DNA of 64,000 nucleotides, taken from positions 161,076,001-161,140,000 of the forward strand of contig OX597814.1 of assembly GCA_951406725.2 (NCBI GenBank), read 5' to 3'. Below, one piece after another: positions 38,097 through 52,164 of the stretch (position 1 is the first letter of the stretch; the number at the start of each line of letters is the position of its first letter). A program made the translations under genes and the position numbers. Under the pieces are notes generated by a model, which was not told the DNA's origin, made no database searches, and saw only the letters and a list, made by a program, of their open reading frames with translations. The DNA comes from Octopus vulgaris. Lineage: Eukaryota.

Positions 38097-39720
38097 TCTC
38101 TTTTTACTTGTTTCAGTCATTTGACTGTGGCCATGCTGGAGCATCGCCTTTAGTCAAGCAAAATGACCCCAGGACTTCTTTGTAAGCCTAGTACTTATTC
38201 TATTGGTCTCTTTTGCCGAACTGCTTGGTTACAGGGATATAAACACACCAGCATCAGTTGTCAAGCGATGTTGGGGGAACAAACACAGACACACAAACAT
38301 ATACACACACATACATATATATATACATACATATATATGACCGGCTTCTTTCAGTTTCTGTCTACCAAATCCACTCACAAGGCTTTGGTTGGCCTGAGGC
38401 TATAGTAGAAGACACTTGCCCTGGGTGCCACGTAGTGGGACTGAACCCAGAACCATGTGGTTGGTAAGCAAGCTACTTACCACACAGCCACTCCTGCATC
38501 TATATATATATATAAAAGGGTAAAGAACCCTTCTGATCATGGATGACCATGGAATTGCACCAAGAAAGTTACCCTCCAAGGCACAAGTCTGGGCAAGGTT
38601 GTTTATGGAAGGCCAGCAGTCGCCATGCATACCAGCCTCCCCTCTTCACACCACTGATATTATCCTAGGGAAAGGCAAAGGCCAATACAGCTTGGCACCA
38701 GTAACAATGAAACTCATTTCTACAGCTGAATGAACTTGAGCAACATGAAATAAAGTGTCTTGGTCAAGAACACAACACACAGCCCAGTCTGGGAATTGAA
38801 CTTACAACCTGATTGTAAGCCTGACACTCTACCACTGAGCCATGATATATATATGTTTGTTTCCCACCACTGCTTGACAACTGGTACTTGTGTGTTTAGG
38901 GCGGCGAGCTGGCAGAAACGTTAGCACACCGGGCGAAATGCATAGCCGTATTTCGTCTGCCGTTACGTTGTGAGTTCAAATTCCACCGAGGTCGACTTTG
39001 CCTTTCATCCTTTCGGGGTTGATAAATTAAGTACCAGTTACGCACTGGGGTCGATGTAATCGACTTAATACCTATGTCTGTCCTTGTTTGTCCCCTCTAT
39101 GTTTAGCCCCTTGTGGGTAATAAAGAAATAGGTACTTGTGTGTTTATGTCCCTGTAACTTAGTGGTTCAGCAAAAGAGACTGCTAGAATAAGTACCAGGC
39201 TTAAAAAAAAAAAATTAAATCAAGTGCTGCAGTCGATTCATTCTACTAAAGATTCTTCAAGGTAGTGCCCCAGTATGGCCACAGTATAATGACTGAAACA
39301 AGTTAAAAAAAAATAGGCGTAGGAGTGGCTGTGTGGTAAGTAGCTTGCTTACGAACCACATGGTTCTGGGTTCAGTCACACAGTGTGGCACCTTGGGCAA
39401 GTGTCTTCTATTGCCTCAGGCCGACCAAAGCCTTGTGAGTGGATTTGGTAGACAGAAACTGAAAGAAGCCCGTCGTATATGTATATATATATATATATAT
39501 GTATGTGTGTATATGTTTGTGTGTGTGTGTTTGTCCCCTTAACATTGCTTGACAACCAATGCTGGAGTGTTTACATCCCTGTAACTTAGTGGTTCGGCAA
39601 AAGAGACCGATAGAATAAGTACTAGGCTTACAAAGAATAAGTCCTGGGGTCGATTTGCTTGACTAAAAGGCGGTGCTCCAGCATGGCCACAGTCAAATGA
39701 CTGAAACAAGTAAAAGAGTA
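37895..39720. mobile_element. Dense SINE cluster (B+ 37895-38065, B- 38095-38500, C- 38515-38845, A+ 38899-39132 nested in a B tail, B+ 39315-39720)
   Basis: Family motifs; the A copy is flanked by duplicated GGTACTTGTGTGTTTA (38883-38898 and 39131-39146). Confidence 0.85.
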
Positions 39721-40574
39721 AAGTGTATTGATAAAATAACTATCAGACAGAAACAAGTACTGTGGTTGATATTATCAGCTAAAACTCTTGAAGGTGTTGC
39801 TGTACCATGGCCATTTCTATATACCTGTAGGTTCTGAGTATTCCTAGCAGAGGTAGATAAAGTGATCTCATTAGGAACATTACATTTTCTCATCTTCTGA
39901 ATTGGTAGACAACGAAGGAGCTTCTATATGGTTGGCTGGTCTGCAAGAAAAAAAACAGCCAAACCTCTTTCAAATCACACGCTATCATTTAAAAAAATCC
40001 AACAGGTTGGATAATGTGGGCCAGGTTTACCTGCAGAGAGGGAAAATATGGGATGGCTATAGCTGCAATGCTTTTAATCACAGGTCTGCTCATCAAGACA
40101 GACCTGGGGTTAAACAACAATAACAACAACAGCAGCAATATCTAATGACTAAAACCAGTAGAAGAGTAGATTTTTTTGAATCTGTAGTTGTTTATTCATT
40201 GGAGCTATTCTTGGAGTTATTCCTGAAACTACTTAAGTTACATCTTAACCGTATAACAGCTTTAAGATTAACTGTAAACATGATATCCAACACATCTATT
40301 CATCTAATATAAATATATATAGGCTGAATGAGTCACACATACACACACACATTTAAGTTTGGTAGCTCTTTTGAAATAGTCAATTTGTTAGCAGGGAAAT
40401 GGAAGAAAATATTCTCAATAAATCTTCACTTTATCAATCCAATGTGTTTAAAAAGCAAAAAAGTCAAATTCTTCTCTCCTTTCCACTTTGTTTCAAGGAC
40501 ATTACTGCCACTGGTAGTGTCAAAGATATATAAAATTAAAACTAAATCTGCTGGTCAATTTTCCCTCTTCATCT

Positions 40575-41049
40575 CTATGTCTGTCCTTGTTTGTCCACTC
40601 TATGTTTAGCCCCTTGTGGGTAATAAAGAAATAGGTCAATTCCCAGACTGGGCTGTGTGTTGTGTTCTTGACCAAGACACTTTATTTCATGTTGCTCCAG
40701 TTCATTCAGCTGTAGAAACGAGTTTCATTGTTACTGGTGCCAAGCTGTATTGGCCTTTGCCTTTCCCTAGGATAATATCAGTGGTGTGAAGAGGGGAGGC
40801 TGGTATGCATGGCGACTGCTGGCCTTCCATAAACAACCTTGCCCAGACTTATACGTGCAGGTGGCACGTAAAAAACACCCACTACACTCGCGGAGTGGTT
40901 GGCGTTAGGAAGGGCATCCAGCCGTAGAAACACTGCCAAATATGACTGGGCCTGATGAAGCCTTCCGGCTTCACAGACCCCAGTTAAACCGTCCAACCCA
41001 TGCTAGCATGGAAAACGGACGCTAAATGATGATGATGATGATGATGATC
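40575..41049 (+). mobile_element. Composite insertion: two locally copied SINE pieces plus an RTE tail
   Basis: 40575-40636 matches 39072-39133 (direct); 40636-40850 is the reverse complement of 38585-38799; 40853-41049 is an RTE tail with (GAT)n. Confidence 0.75.
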
Positions 41050-42058
41050 TCAGTGTTCCCACCACTTTTGAAATCCAGTCTGGATGTTGTTTTCTGTAAG
41101 TGAATCAAGGAGCTTCTGTGATTCACTGTTGATTTCAACAATATTATTAAAATGGCACCTTTGAGCTGGTTCTTCATCTTGGAGAAAAGATGGAAGTCCA
41201 TGGGTGCTAAATCTGGCCAAAAAGGACAGGTGAAGAAATGATATCATTGTTGTTTTTGGCAAGAAACTCATGAGTGAAAAGAGCTTGGTGACAAGGTGCA
41301 TGGTCATCAAGAAAAATCCAATTCTTTGTACTCCACAGATCCAATTGCTTTCTCCAAATGTTCTCCTTCAAATGCTTTAAAACGACTGATGGCTCAGCTC
41401 TGGGGAACGAGTGCACAGTAAGATGGATTTTGAAAAAAATGAGCATGCTCTTGATTGAGCTGTGGCTCTGTCGTACCTTCTTCTGTTGTGGAAATGAAGG
41501 CCTCTTCCATTGTGACAATTGCTGCTTTGTCACAGTGTTGTACCTGTAATCCTAACTCTCATTACCAGTGATGATCCTCGATATGAAGGATGGGTCATCA
41601 GCTGCATGCTGATGGAGATCTTGACAGGCTTCAATGCAATATTCTTTCTGCTCTGTGGTCAACAGGCAGGGGACAAACTTGGCAGAGACATACTGGGTAT
41701 TCAATTCAGACACTGGGATTGCCTGCACAGACCAACAACATCAGCAATGTCATTGATTGTCCTTCAACAATCCTTAGACATAAGTTGATGAATTTTCTTC
41801 ACATTTCCAGGATGACAGGTCTTCCAGATCGCTCATCATCTTCCAGGGACATTCTTCCACTTTTGAAACATCTGGGCCACTTGAAACATTGCGTATGACC
41901 CATTGCCTTGTCTCTGTAAGCTTGACGAGGTATGCTCAATGTTTCTGTACCAGACTTCTCAAGTTTAATGCAAAATTTCATGTTGGCTTTTTGTTCCTGT
42001 CCATGACAAAATAGCAGACTACAGCATACATGTCATCACAAAAACACAAATTTCACAG
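41050..42058 (-). pseudogene. Decayed mariner transposase
   Basis: MKFCIKLEKSGTET...QAY...CFKW...FKSGRMSLEDDERSGRP, ITGNESW-like, FLDDHAPCH and FQKWWEH segments in shifted frames. Confidence 0.9.
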
Positions 42059-42082
42059 ATATATATATATATATGTATACAT

Positions 42083-42129
<47 letters not shown>

Positions 42130-42174
42130 TGTATACACACACGCACATGTATACACACATATATATATAAAAAG

Positions 42175-42495
42175 ACCACTCTGTTGGTTATGACGACGAG
42201 GGTCCCAGCTGATACGAGCAACGGAACAGCCTGCTCGTGAAATTAACGTGCAAGTGGCTGAACTCTCCACAGACATGTGTACCCTTAATGTAGTTCTCAG
42301 GGAGATTCAGCATGACACAGAGTGTGACAAGGCTAGCCCTTTCAAATACAGGTACAACTCATTTTTGCCAGCTGAGTGGATTGGAGCAATGTGAAATAAA
42401 GCGTCTTGCTCAGGGGCACATTGCGTTGCCAGGAATTGAACTCACAACTTTATGATCATGAGCCGAATGCCCTAACCACTAAGCCACGTACCTTC
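42175..42495 (-). mobile_element. tRNA-derived SINE, family E
   Basis: Minus-strand head TGGCTTAGTGGTTAGGGC..GAGTTCAATTCC; related fragments at about 15255-15320 and 31700-31915. Confidence 0.7.
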
Positions 42496-42804
42496 ACTTA
42501 TACACACACACATACGCACACACACACACCAACGGCACATACAGATATCCATGACAGGCTGTTTCCAGTTGCCATCTCTAAATCCACTCTCGAGGCTTTG
42601 ATCAGCTCAGGGCTATAACAGAAGACATTTGCCTAAAGTGATACACAATGGGACTGAACCCAAAACCATGTGGGTGGGAAGCAATGTTCTTAACCACACA
42701 GCCACATCTGTACTTTATATATATATATATATCCTCATAACTTAGCAGTTCAGCAAAAGACCTGATAGAATAAGTAACAGGTTTTATACACACACACACA
42801 CATA

Positions 42805-44073
42805 CAGGGGTTGGACAAAATAATGGAAACACCTTAAAATTTCAAACAAATTTATTTTAATATGGAGTAGGACTGCCTTTGGCAGTAATTACAGCTTGAA
42901 CGCTACAAGGTATGGGCTCGTACAATGTTTGAATTGTTTCCAAAGGAATTTTTGACCATTCTTCAACTAAAACAGTCTCCAGTTCTTGTAGTGATGATGG
43001 TGGAGGATATCAACTCCTTACTTCTTTTTCTAAAATGCACCATAAATGTTCAATAATATCAAGATCTGGGGACTGCGGTGGCCAGATAAGATATCCAGCT
43101 TCACTAGAATGTTCCTTGTGCCATTCAGTAACAGCTTTAGCTGTGTGAATTGGTGCATTATCATCCTGAAAGATTGCACTTCCCTCCAGAAACAGTTCTG
43201 CAACCATAGGATGATTTTGATCAGATAAAATGCTTAAATAGTCTTATTAATTTTGCCATGAAGGGAAACCATTGGGCCAGTGGATTTTCAAGATATAGCC
43301 CTCCAGATCATCACAGATCCTCCTCCATGTTTAACAGTTGGAAGAAGGCAGTCTGGGTCAAATGCTTCTTTTAGCTGTCTCCACATGTATACTTGGCTGG
43401 TGGTTGGAAATAAGGTAAAGAATGACTCATCCGAGAAAATAACATTCTTCTACTGCTCTAGGGACCAATTCTGTAGGTTTTTACTCCACTCTAAATGCTT
43501 TGCAACATTTGTTTTTGAAAGTGTTGGTTTTCTGACTGCAGCCCTCCCATGAAATCTGACTTTTTGCAGCTCCCAGTAAACAGTTTTTGTGGAAACTGGG
43601 TTCTCAAGGTGGTCATTAAGCTCTGCAGTAATTTTGGGAGCTGTACTTCTGTGATCCTTTCTAATAATTCATGTAAGAGTCTGAAGGTCCCTATCTGAAA
43701 GTTTTGGTTTCCATCTGGAGTTTAGTTTCGATGAGGAGGTTTTTCTCTCTTTGTCAAAATCAGACATTACTTTCGAGACAGTACTTCTTGTTACACCAAA
43801 CATTTCAGCTGTTTTCATTACGCTAGCACCTGCCATACGAGCACCAACAATTTGACCTCTTTGAAACTTCGATAGATCTGTCATAGTTACGAATTTTAAT
43901 TACCTTTTTCTGATGATATCTGAAAAGAAACAGCAATTTTAGCAAAACATTAAGCAACACTAATAATAAATAAAAAAAACATAAAAATAAACAAGCTTTT
44001 GATGATTTTGTAGATATTTCAAAATGATAATGCTATGATGCTAGGTGTTTCCATTATTTTTTTCCAAACCTTG
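42805..44073 (-). mobile_element. Near full-length Tc1-family transposon with a disrupted transposase
   Basis: TA TSD; TIRs CAGGGGTTGGACAAAATAATGGAAACACCT / AGGTGTTTCCATTATTTTTTTCCAAACCTTG; motifs MTDLSKFQRGQIVGARMAG, IFSDESF, FQDDNAPIH and WPPQSPDLDIIEHLW. Confidence 0.95.
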
Positions 44074-45264
44074 TATATATTGGTTAAACAACTTATCTTT
44101 ATTATGGCTCACAGATGTGAGACAGTGCATCTACCATTCACATAAGCAGTCTAAGCTGCATTAAATAATCTAAATGCAAGGCTAATGTTCAATTACAAGC
44201 AATCATTCAACACTTGACACACTTTGTCCTCTTGCTGTCTTTTTCAGTGTTATTGCATTACTACACATAAACCACTGTGTACAACTACACATAAACTACT
44301 GCATATGCAATTACACATACCCTGTTACAGATACACCTCTATACACACTACTCACACTGCTACTATATATATATATCACTATTTACACAAATACACATAT
44401 ATCACTGCACACATAAAGACATATGCACCACCACCACCACATCTACAACACATAAACACATGCACATTCCACAATTAGCCAACAAGATAGCTTCTACATG
44501 GTCGCTTGACTTGCTAGAAACAGCAGTCAGATCTTCGCCAAAACACAAGTCTTGGAAAAAAGAACATATTGGAGAATGTAGTTGTGATAGACGTGGTTAT
44601 AATCCTTTTTATCATAGATTTTTTTTTTTAATCAACAAGGGCTGATGTGGGCTAAGCAGCAGCAGCAGCAGTAGCAGCAAAAGCAACAACAACAACGTTA
44701 CATGCATTACAACCCCTAAACATCATACATTACACACACATCGTCAATATACACCCTACAATTTCTACAACCCCACTACACCTTACATACGCATGAAGCC
44801 ATTATACCGTTATATTAAAGATGTTGGAAAATGGATACTTCCAAAGAAAAATAAAATTAAGAGCACGTGTACTTTTAGTGTACTTAGAGAACTGTGTGTA
44901 TGTGTATTATTGAGTGTGTATGTGCATGTATGTATACAATCAGCTCAGACTCAGCTTGCCTATAAAAATGGCCACTACTATGCATGCCTCACTGAATTGA
45001 ACACTATTAAAATGAATTGCTGGGCTTAGTGAAGCTTTATTGTCTTTGTAGATTGTAGAGCTTCACTGAAGTAATTTTGTGTCTATCCAGTTTCTGCTTG
45101 CTCTGTTTTTGAAGGGAAATTGATGTGGCATCGGAATGACTGGCAGTGACCATGTTAAACATGTAAAACATTAAGACTTAATGACTGAAACAATTTTGAT
45201 AGATATCTGATTCAATATCTACAAATATAGATTTGTACCATTCTCATATATACATATACATACA

Positions 45265-45267
<3 letters not shown>

Positions 45268-45320
<53 letters not shown>
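45268..45320. repeat. (TA)n microsatellite
   Basis: Direct reading. Confidence 0.95.
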
Positions 45321-45323
<3 letters not shown>

Positions 45324-48300
45324 TTAAACACATAAGAGATGGCCTTAACAGGACATCTGTATTTTTATATGAATAATATATAGTCTATTGACAAATTTTT
45401 TTCTTCTCTCTAGACCACTGGTAGCAAAGAATTTTTCTAAATTTTTTGTTACCCTAAGATTTATTAATATATATATATATATATGTAACTGCATGTGTAT
45501 TTAAATAAATGCATTTTTTACAATATCATTGCAATATTGAACATTTTGCGAGAAGTCAGTTACATATTTAAAAGAAGCATTATTGTATATATTATATGAT
45601 AAAACTAGAATGTGTGTGTGTATGTGTGCATGCTGATCTGTGAATTTCAATTCACTGTGTCCAATAAACACTTCAATGAACTCTTCTCTTTTAGAATTCA
45701 TGCAGTCTTTTCTTTCTTAAACCAGTTCTGTGTCAAGTACGTAACCAGTGGCTTTAACGCCTGCTACTACACCTGACAATTTTCTTTTAGTTGTCAGTTG
45801 ATTCACACCCAGAAAAGAAATATTTTTTTAACACCTTTGATGTTGTGTTACATAAAGTCACCTGAGGGTGCAGACCCTTTCATTAAAATATTTTGTATCC
45901 TATTCATGCTTTTCAGTTTTCCGGTAACTTCGTGATCATATGTAAAATATTACTCTCTATTTCAATAGATTAATTACCTTGTTGGGTCCTAGTTTGCTTC
46001 ATATTTTCGTATGTAAATTCCCTCATTCCTTTATAAATTGAAAAATTACACACTTTTCATTTATACCTACCAATTAAATACTATTTAACATCCATGGGTT
46101 GAAAGCTTTTAATGTTCAAAAGAAAGATAGAAAAAATAAATAATTCTTGTTACAGACTCTTCTATTTTCATACATTTATAGTTGTACAGGTTTCCTCCCA
46201 CCATTTTTTTTTGTCAAGAGGGGAGACAGAGTTTATAATGTTTCACAGAGCCTCTGAGACAGGTGGGAGGGAGAAAAGTGACCTGACCTGAATGCTTGCA
46301 ACAGGGTGTTAAACAAGGCGATGTATTAAGTCTACCACATATGGTGGGATTTTAAATCACAACACAAATATCTTAAAGAATCCGATCTGACATTCTCACA
46401 GTTCTGCCCTGGATTGGTACTTTATTTTTATTGACATCGAAAGGATAGAAAATAAAGTTGATCATAGTGGGATTTGAACTCACAGTGCAGAAAATCAGAA
46501 TAAATACAATAAGGCATTCTATCCAAAACTCTACTGACTCAGCTATTTCTCCACCTGGATGATGATTATGAAGTCATATACTCATTTTAATCAGAATTTA
46601 TTATAATTAATGTATTTGGTTATATTTTTCAAAGATGAATTTGTGACCTATGATGAAGGAAATGGAGTAAGCAATATGATATAAAAGCAGAATTAGATTT
46701 CAAAAATATCAAGTTAGATAAAATATAATGAATGTTCTATGCGCTTACAAACAGCTTGTGCACAGTTTGAGCTACTTAGCAACTTTTCCTTGTAGGTTTA
46801 CTTTAATAAAATTTGAAGTCTTGAATGAAAGATCATTAAAGATTAAGCATATTGTTAGATTCAATGAAAGAAAATATATCAATAAAATTAGTCCTTCTCA
46901 ATCTAAGATATTTGCTAATAGATTTTTTAATGAACTGGATCTAGAAGGTTGATTCTCATATAGATGCTTCTCTCTAAGGCATCACCTTTGGCCTTGTAGC
47001 AGTTTACAATGATACTGCTATGCTGCTCATGGGTATGACACCTTTCTGAGTGAATTGATTAACTCTTCAGGTGGTCATCTTGTATCCCATTTCCCCAGAT
47101 ATTTTAAGCATCTCTAATGGACTCACAGCTTCCCTCCTCCCCCTTTATTATATCCTTAATCACTTTATCTATCACATTGCTATCAATTTGAATCAGAGGC
47201 CCCTCTTTTGAGTCAGCATGGAGTAATCCCTGTTTATCTCATGTGTTTTCTACATCTAAATTAAGTTGTATTAAGTATATATGGTGTTATTTAATTTGGT
47301 ACCTTACTGTTAATACCTTACGTTATATCCCTCTAAGATCAATAGATAGTACTAAACCAATTATAAACCCAGGCTGAATCAGTAAATTATTTCTCCTCTG
47401 AGATAATCTTGAAGCTGAATATTTCAAAAAACTTCCTTGAACTCTAGAACAAAATGAAAGCAATACATTGTCATTGTCATCACCACTTCTGCCATCATTG
47501 TTGTCATCATTTTGCATGTTTTCCATGTTAGCATGGGTAAAATGGTTTGACTGGAGCTGGTAAGCTGCTCCAATCTGTTTTGGCTTGGTTTCTACAGCTG
47601 GATGCCCTTGGTGCTAGTTGTTTTGGTTGTTACACATCTTACAGCAGATTACATTGTTCCCCATGAGAAATCTATACTTATCTCATTGATGTTAGAGTAT
47701 TTATTAGTTGTAAATAAAGCAGTAAAATATATTTGAATGCAATGATATACCTCTTTAGTAAGCCATTTTGGAAAGTTTTTTTAAGTATAGAGGCTTGGAC
47801 AGATTCAAATAGCCTTGACTGGATTTTCAACTAAGAGCTACTAGGTAGTCATACTGCCATATAAGGTATGGCCAGCTCCTTGAGAGACTAGAATACCCAA
47901 ACATTTACTGGCCAGTCAGCATTGACTGGCATGTATCATTAATGGTGGGGGAATAGTAAAGAAAAGTAACGTAAAGATCCCGCCAAATCATAATTCAAAG
48001 GTTCTAGAAAGTCTTGTCCAAGGTTATAAAAAACTAGTGATTTGATTTCAACACCAGAGCCAACTCAGATTCCACATAGAACCATGTCATTTTGTAATGT
48101 GAAAAGTCTTCTCTTCTTCTTCTTCTTGTCTTTATATTTAATACATACTGAAAATCTATGTTTACCAAAAGTAAATTTTCCTTGTGTTTCAATATTGATA
48201 TACATACATCATTCTATTTAATCATCCTAGTGTTTCAATGTTGACACGCATACATAATTCTAACGAATTATCTGCTCTATTTAGTTTCTACAATAGATAA

Positions 48301-48883
48301 AAAATTAACACATGCAACACAAGAGATTTAACAAGAATATTCTCTTTATCTTATACGTTGTAAATCTTTAGAAATTATATACATACTTACAAAAATGTTC
48401 CACAGTGTAATACAAAAAACACTATTACATATGATATATAAACAGTTTAATATTATAAGAAATGTAGAAACACCTATTTATTTGTACTATCATTCTTGCC
48501 TACAAACACAGCCTCTTACCTGAATATTAATGACATAATAATGACCACCACCACTTATACTTTTTTTTTTTGCATAACAGGTCAAGGATGTTTATAAACT
48601 GTACGGTTTCTGCAAGTTTGCCTCCTCTGACTGTTTTATAGGGTTTTTGGTATACCTACACTTGTCCAACTCTGCGACATTGTTCCTGCATTCTTTCAGA
48701 AAAATAGATATTTTTTAACGAAATTTTTTTCTATTTCAAAACCATTTCAGAAAGTGTAGTTTTTGATATATTGGAATTTGCCGACAAAATTTTTTCTGAA
48801 GGGAGGAGTTTCAGGTAATTCAAACAAGTTGACTTTGCATCCTCATAACTTTCAGAAAAATACCTATTTTCAATGAAATTTCT

Positions 48884-49677
48884 GGATCTTTTCCTTTTGA
48901 ACGGCACTTTTCAACACAATTTCTAGTTAACTAAACACTTTTAAACTTCGTATACTGGTAGAATATGTTTATAAAACATCATTTTTTCTTAGCTTTATTG
49001 AGAAAATTCTATATGTTATAAGATATTTCGTCTTTAATTTCGAGCATTTCGGCAATTTTAACCAATCGCTGATGTCTATTTAGGTAAATAACATTCAGTG
49101 CATAATGAATATGTCCCTCGTTTAAGAAACAGATTGGGTTTATTTACATTTGCGAAGAAAAAAGATACCTTTCCCCCACCCTAAATCTAAAATAGATTGA
49201 AATGCAATAGATCGATACTAGGGTTATAATTATGGGTGACAATTTTATATGACACCGCTACGGAAAATGGGATTTTTTTCTAGTGGTGTCAAATGAAAAT
49301 GTCACCCATAATTATGGCTCTAGTATCGATCTATTGCATTTCAATCTACTTTAGATTTAGGGTTAGAGTTAGGGTTAGAGGTTGGGGAAGGGTATATTTT
49401 TTTCTTCACAAATGTAAATAAACCCAATCTGTTTCTTAAAGGAGGGACATATTCATTATGCACTGAATGTTATTTACCTAAATGGAGGTCAGCGATTGGT
49501 TAAAATTGCCGAAATGCTCGAAATTAAAGACGAAATATCTTACAACATATAGAATTTTCTCAATAAAGCCAAGAGAAAATGATGTTTTATAAACACATTC
49601 TACCAGTATACGAAGTTTAAAACTTTTTAGTTACCTAGAAATTATGTTACAAAGTACCGTTCAAAAGGAAAAGATCC
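48884..49677. mobile_element. Fold-back (almost fully palindromic) Merlin-type MITE
   Basis: Arms of about 375-400 bp start GGATCTTTTCCTTTTGAACGG and end CCGTTCAAAAGGAAAAGATCC; 8-bp TSD AAATTTCT/AAATTTCC; inserted into an older repeat whose reverse complement recurs at about 50145-50355. Confidence 0.85.
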
Positions 49678-49829
49678 AAATTTCCTACAAATAACTTTCA
49701 GATGGACTAGATTACAGTTATATCGAAATTTAAGTTGGCAAAAAAAACAAAAAAAACATTATCGGGAACGTACACAAACAAACATACTGACTCGCATCAA
49801 AATTTTTTCGAAATCTCAAGTTTCATTTT

Positions 49830-49883
<54 letters not shown>

Positions 49884-49935
49884 TGATGTATATCTGTATG
49901 TATATTACGCGGCCACCAATATTTTTCCGCATTGA

Positions 49936-50135
49936 GGCGGCGAGCTAGCAGAAACGTTAGCATGCCTGGCGAATCGTCTGTCTTTATGTTCTGAGTTCAA
50001 ATTTCGGCGAGGTCGACTTTGCTTGCCATCCTTTCGGGGTCGATAAATTAAGTACCAGTTGCGTACAGGTGTCGATCTAATCGACTGACCTCTTCCATCA
50101 AAATTTCGGGCCTTGTGTCTAGAGTAGAAAAGAAT
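49936..50135 (+). mobile_element. SINE family A
   Basis: Family motifs; flanked by duplicated AATATTTT(T)CCGCATT. Confidence 0.85.
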
Positions 50136-50938
50136 ATTTTCCCGCATTAAATTCCCTTATAATTGTAATATACACCTCTGAAAGGTACTTGTTGAAAATT
50201 TCATTATAAAATATCCTTTTTTTCTGAAAGTTTTGAGGAAACAAAGTCGACTCGTGTGAATTATCCGAAACTCTCCCTACGCCCGCCCTAAAAAAGAAAT
50301 TTTCACTAATCGGAATCTACACCACCTGAAAGGCATCTGTAGAAACTTTTATTAAAAGATATGAGTAAATAAAGTGGGGAAGGGGACACATCTGTGTATG
50401 TATACCTTACTTTCATCCCTTTCAATTCTCCGTTAGAATATGTACCAGCTGGGATTTAACCACAGGTCAGCTTCACCAAGCAGGCTTAAGATCAAAATTC
50501 AACCGTAACTATTCCGCCAATCTCATTTTTACCGATTCTGTGTATCCAGAAATACATCATTAAATATGTGATTTGAGGTAAATTTAGCTACCTTCTCTAT
50601 AGGTCGAACGACTCCGAAGATGCTCTCTGATTGTACCGACATTACACCGAGATCAAGATTATATCCCTAAAAACCGACTTTGTATATAATCAGAAATAGT
50701 CAACAACAAATAGAAGTGCGCAAAAAGATAAAATTGCGTGGTTGTTCTGTAAAAGCAGTTAAAAACATAAACAAGATACTAAATAAACATAATATACTTT
50801 GGCTAGGCTTGCCAATCTGACAGTTCACTGTGAAGCTATCTTTATACTTATAAACATTCTACGAAATCCACAAATTAGAAAACGATAATGTATTGTTAGA
50901 TAATAGTTTGCGTGAAACGTTATCAAACGAACTACAAC

Positions 50939-50939
<1 letters not shown>

Positions 50940-51013
<74 letters not shown>

Positions 51014-51014
51014 T

Positions 51015-51054
<40 letters not shown>

Positions 51055-51335
51055 GACTGACGGGGACAGAGCGAGAGACAAAGTGTGTGAGTGTGTGAGA
51101 GAGAGAGAGACAGACAGAGACGGAGTGTGTGTGTGTGTGTGAGAGAGAGAGACAGACAGAGACGGAGTGTATGTGTGTATGAAAGAGAGAAAACCGAGTG
51201 TGTGTGTGTGTGAGGGAGAGAGAGGGAGAGAGAAAGAAAACAAAGTGTGTGTGACAGAGATAGAGACAGAAAACCGAGTATGTGAGAGAGAAACCGAGTG
51301 GAATAGAGATAGACAGATAGATAGAGAGAGAGAAA
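50940..51335. repeat. Compound (GA)n/(GT)n/(GACA)n microsatellite
   Basis: Direct reading. Confidence 0.95.
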
Positions 51336-52164
51336 TAAGGAAATTATAAGAATTTTCTTATCGGTATAATTTTGCGTCTTACGTTTAGTTTTGTTATAAC
51401 CCACTCATTTGAAATATATCAAGGAAAAAAAAAAGCAAACTTTAACATTGGAATGAAGCATGGAGCCAAATAAGCTGATGGAAAAACATTATTTGTGTAT
51501 GGAGACAAGATTGTATTTGAGAAACACTAAGTCCACCTTTTTCTATTAATGCTGTAAATAACAAAAACTTTAGATTTGTGGTGTTTCAGAAAATAACAGG
51601 TGGAGGTCATGCTTTTGTCAATGGATTTATGGGATTGAATGAATGGAGATACTCTAAAGATTGTAAAAATATGAAATGAAAGGAGATGAAAAAGAGTGTG
51701 AACATCACAACAGAAAAGGAAAACGGGTTAGCTAAACGGTACGAGAGGAAATAAAGATAGAAATTAAAGGGAGAAAGAGTTGACACATAAGTTTGTTGTA
51801 AAACCACTTTAAAGGACAGTTCATAAAAAAAACATTAAAAATGAAAAGGAGAAAACTAACTGTAGAGAACCAAGAAATATATGAAAAGAAACCCAGGACG
51901 CAATGTAATTAAACACACTGAATGGCCTCTGCACATTAAGAATACTATCCTTAGAATAAACAAAAAGAAAAGAAAAAACGAACGGGTTTATTATCAAGCC
52001 CAAAGTTGTGTCTAAAACTCATTCTCTACTATTCACATAACCAGGTTTTAGAAAAGAATTGGAGTCTATCGAAAACATAAAAAGAATTTCATTTTATCTA
52101 CAACTTGTTGTTACCTATGAATTAAAGCATTAATAAAACGTTCTGATAATAATAATTTTTTCTA

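Noticed and set aside
50859-51404. Longest ORF in the window (181 aa)
   Set aside because: A translation of GA/GT microsatellite; the same applies to the YIYI/CVCV ORFs
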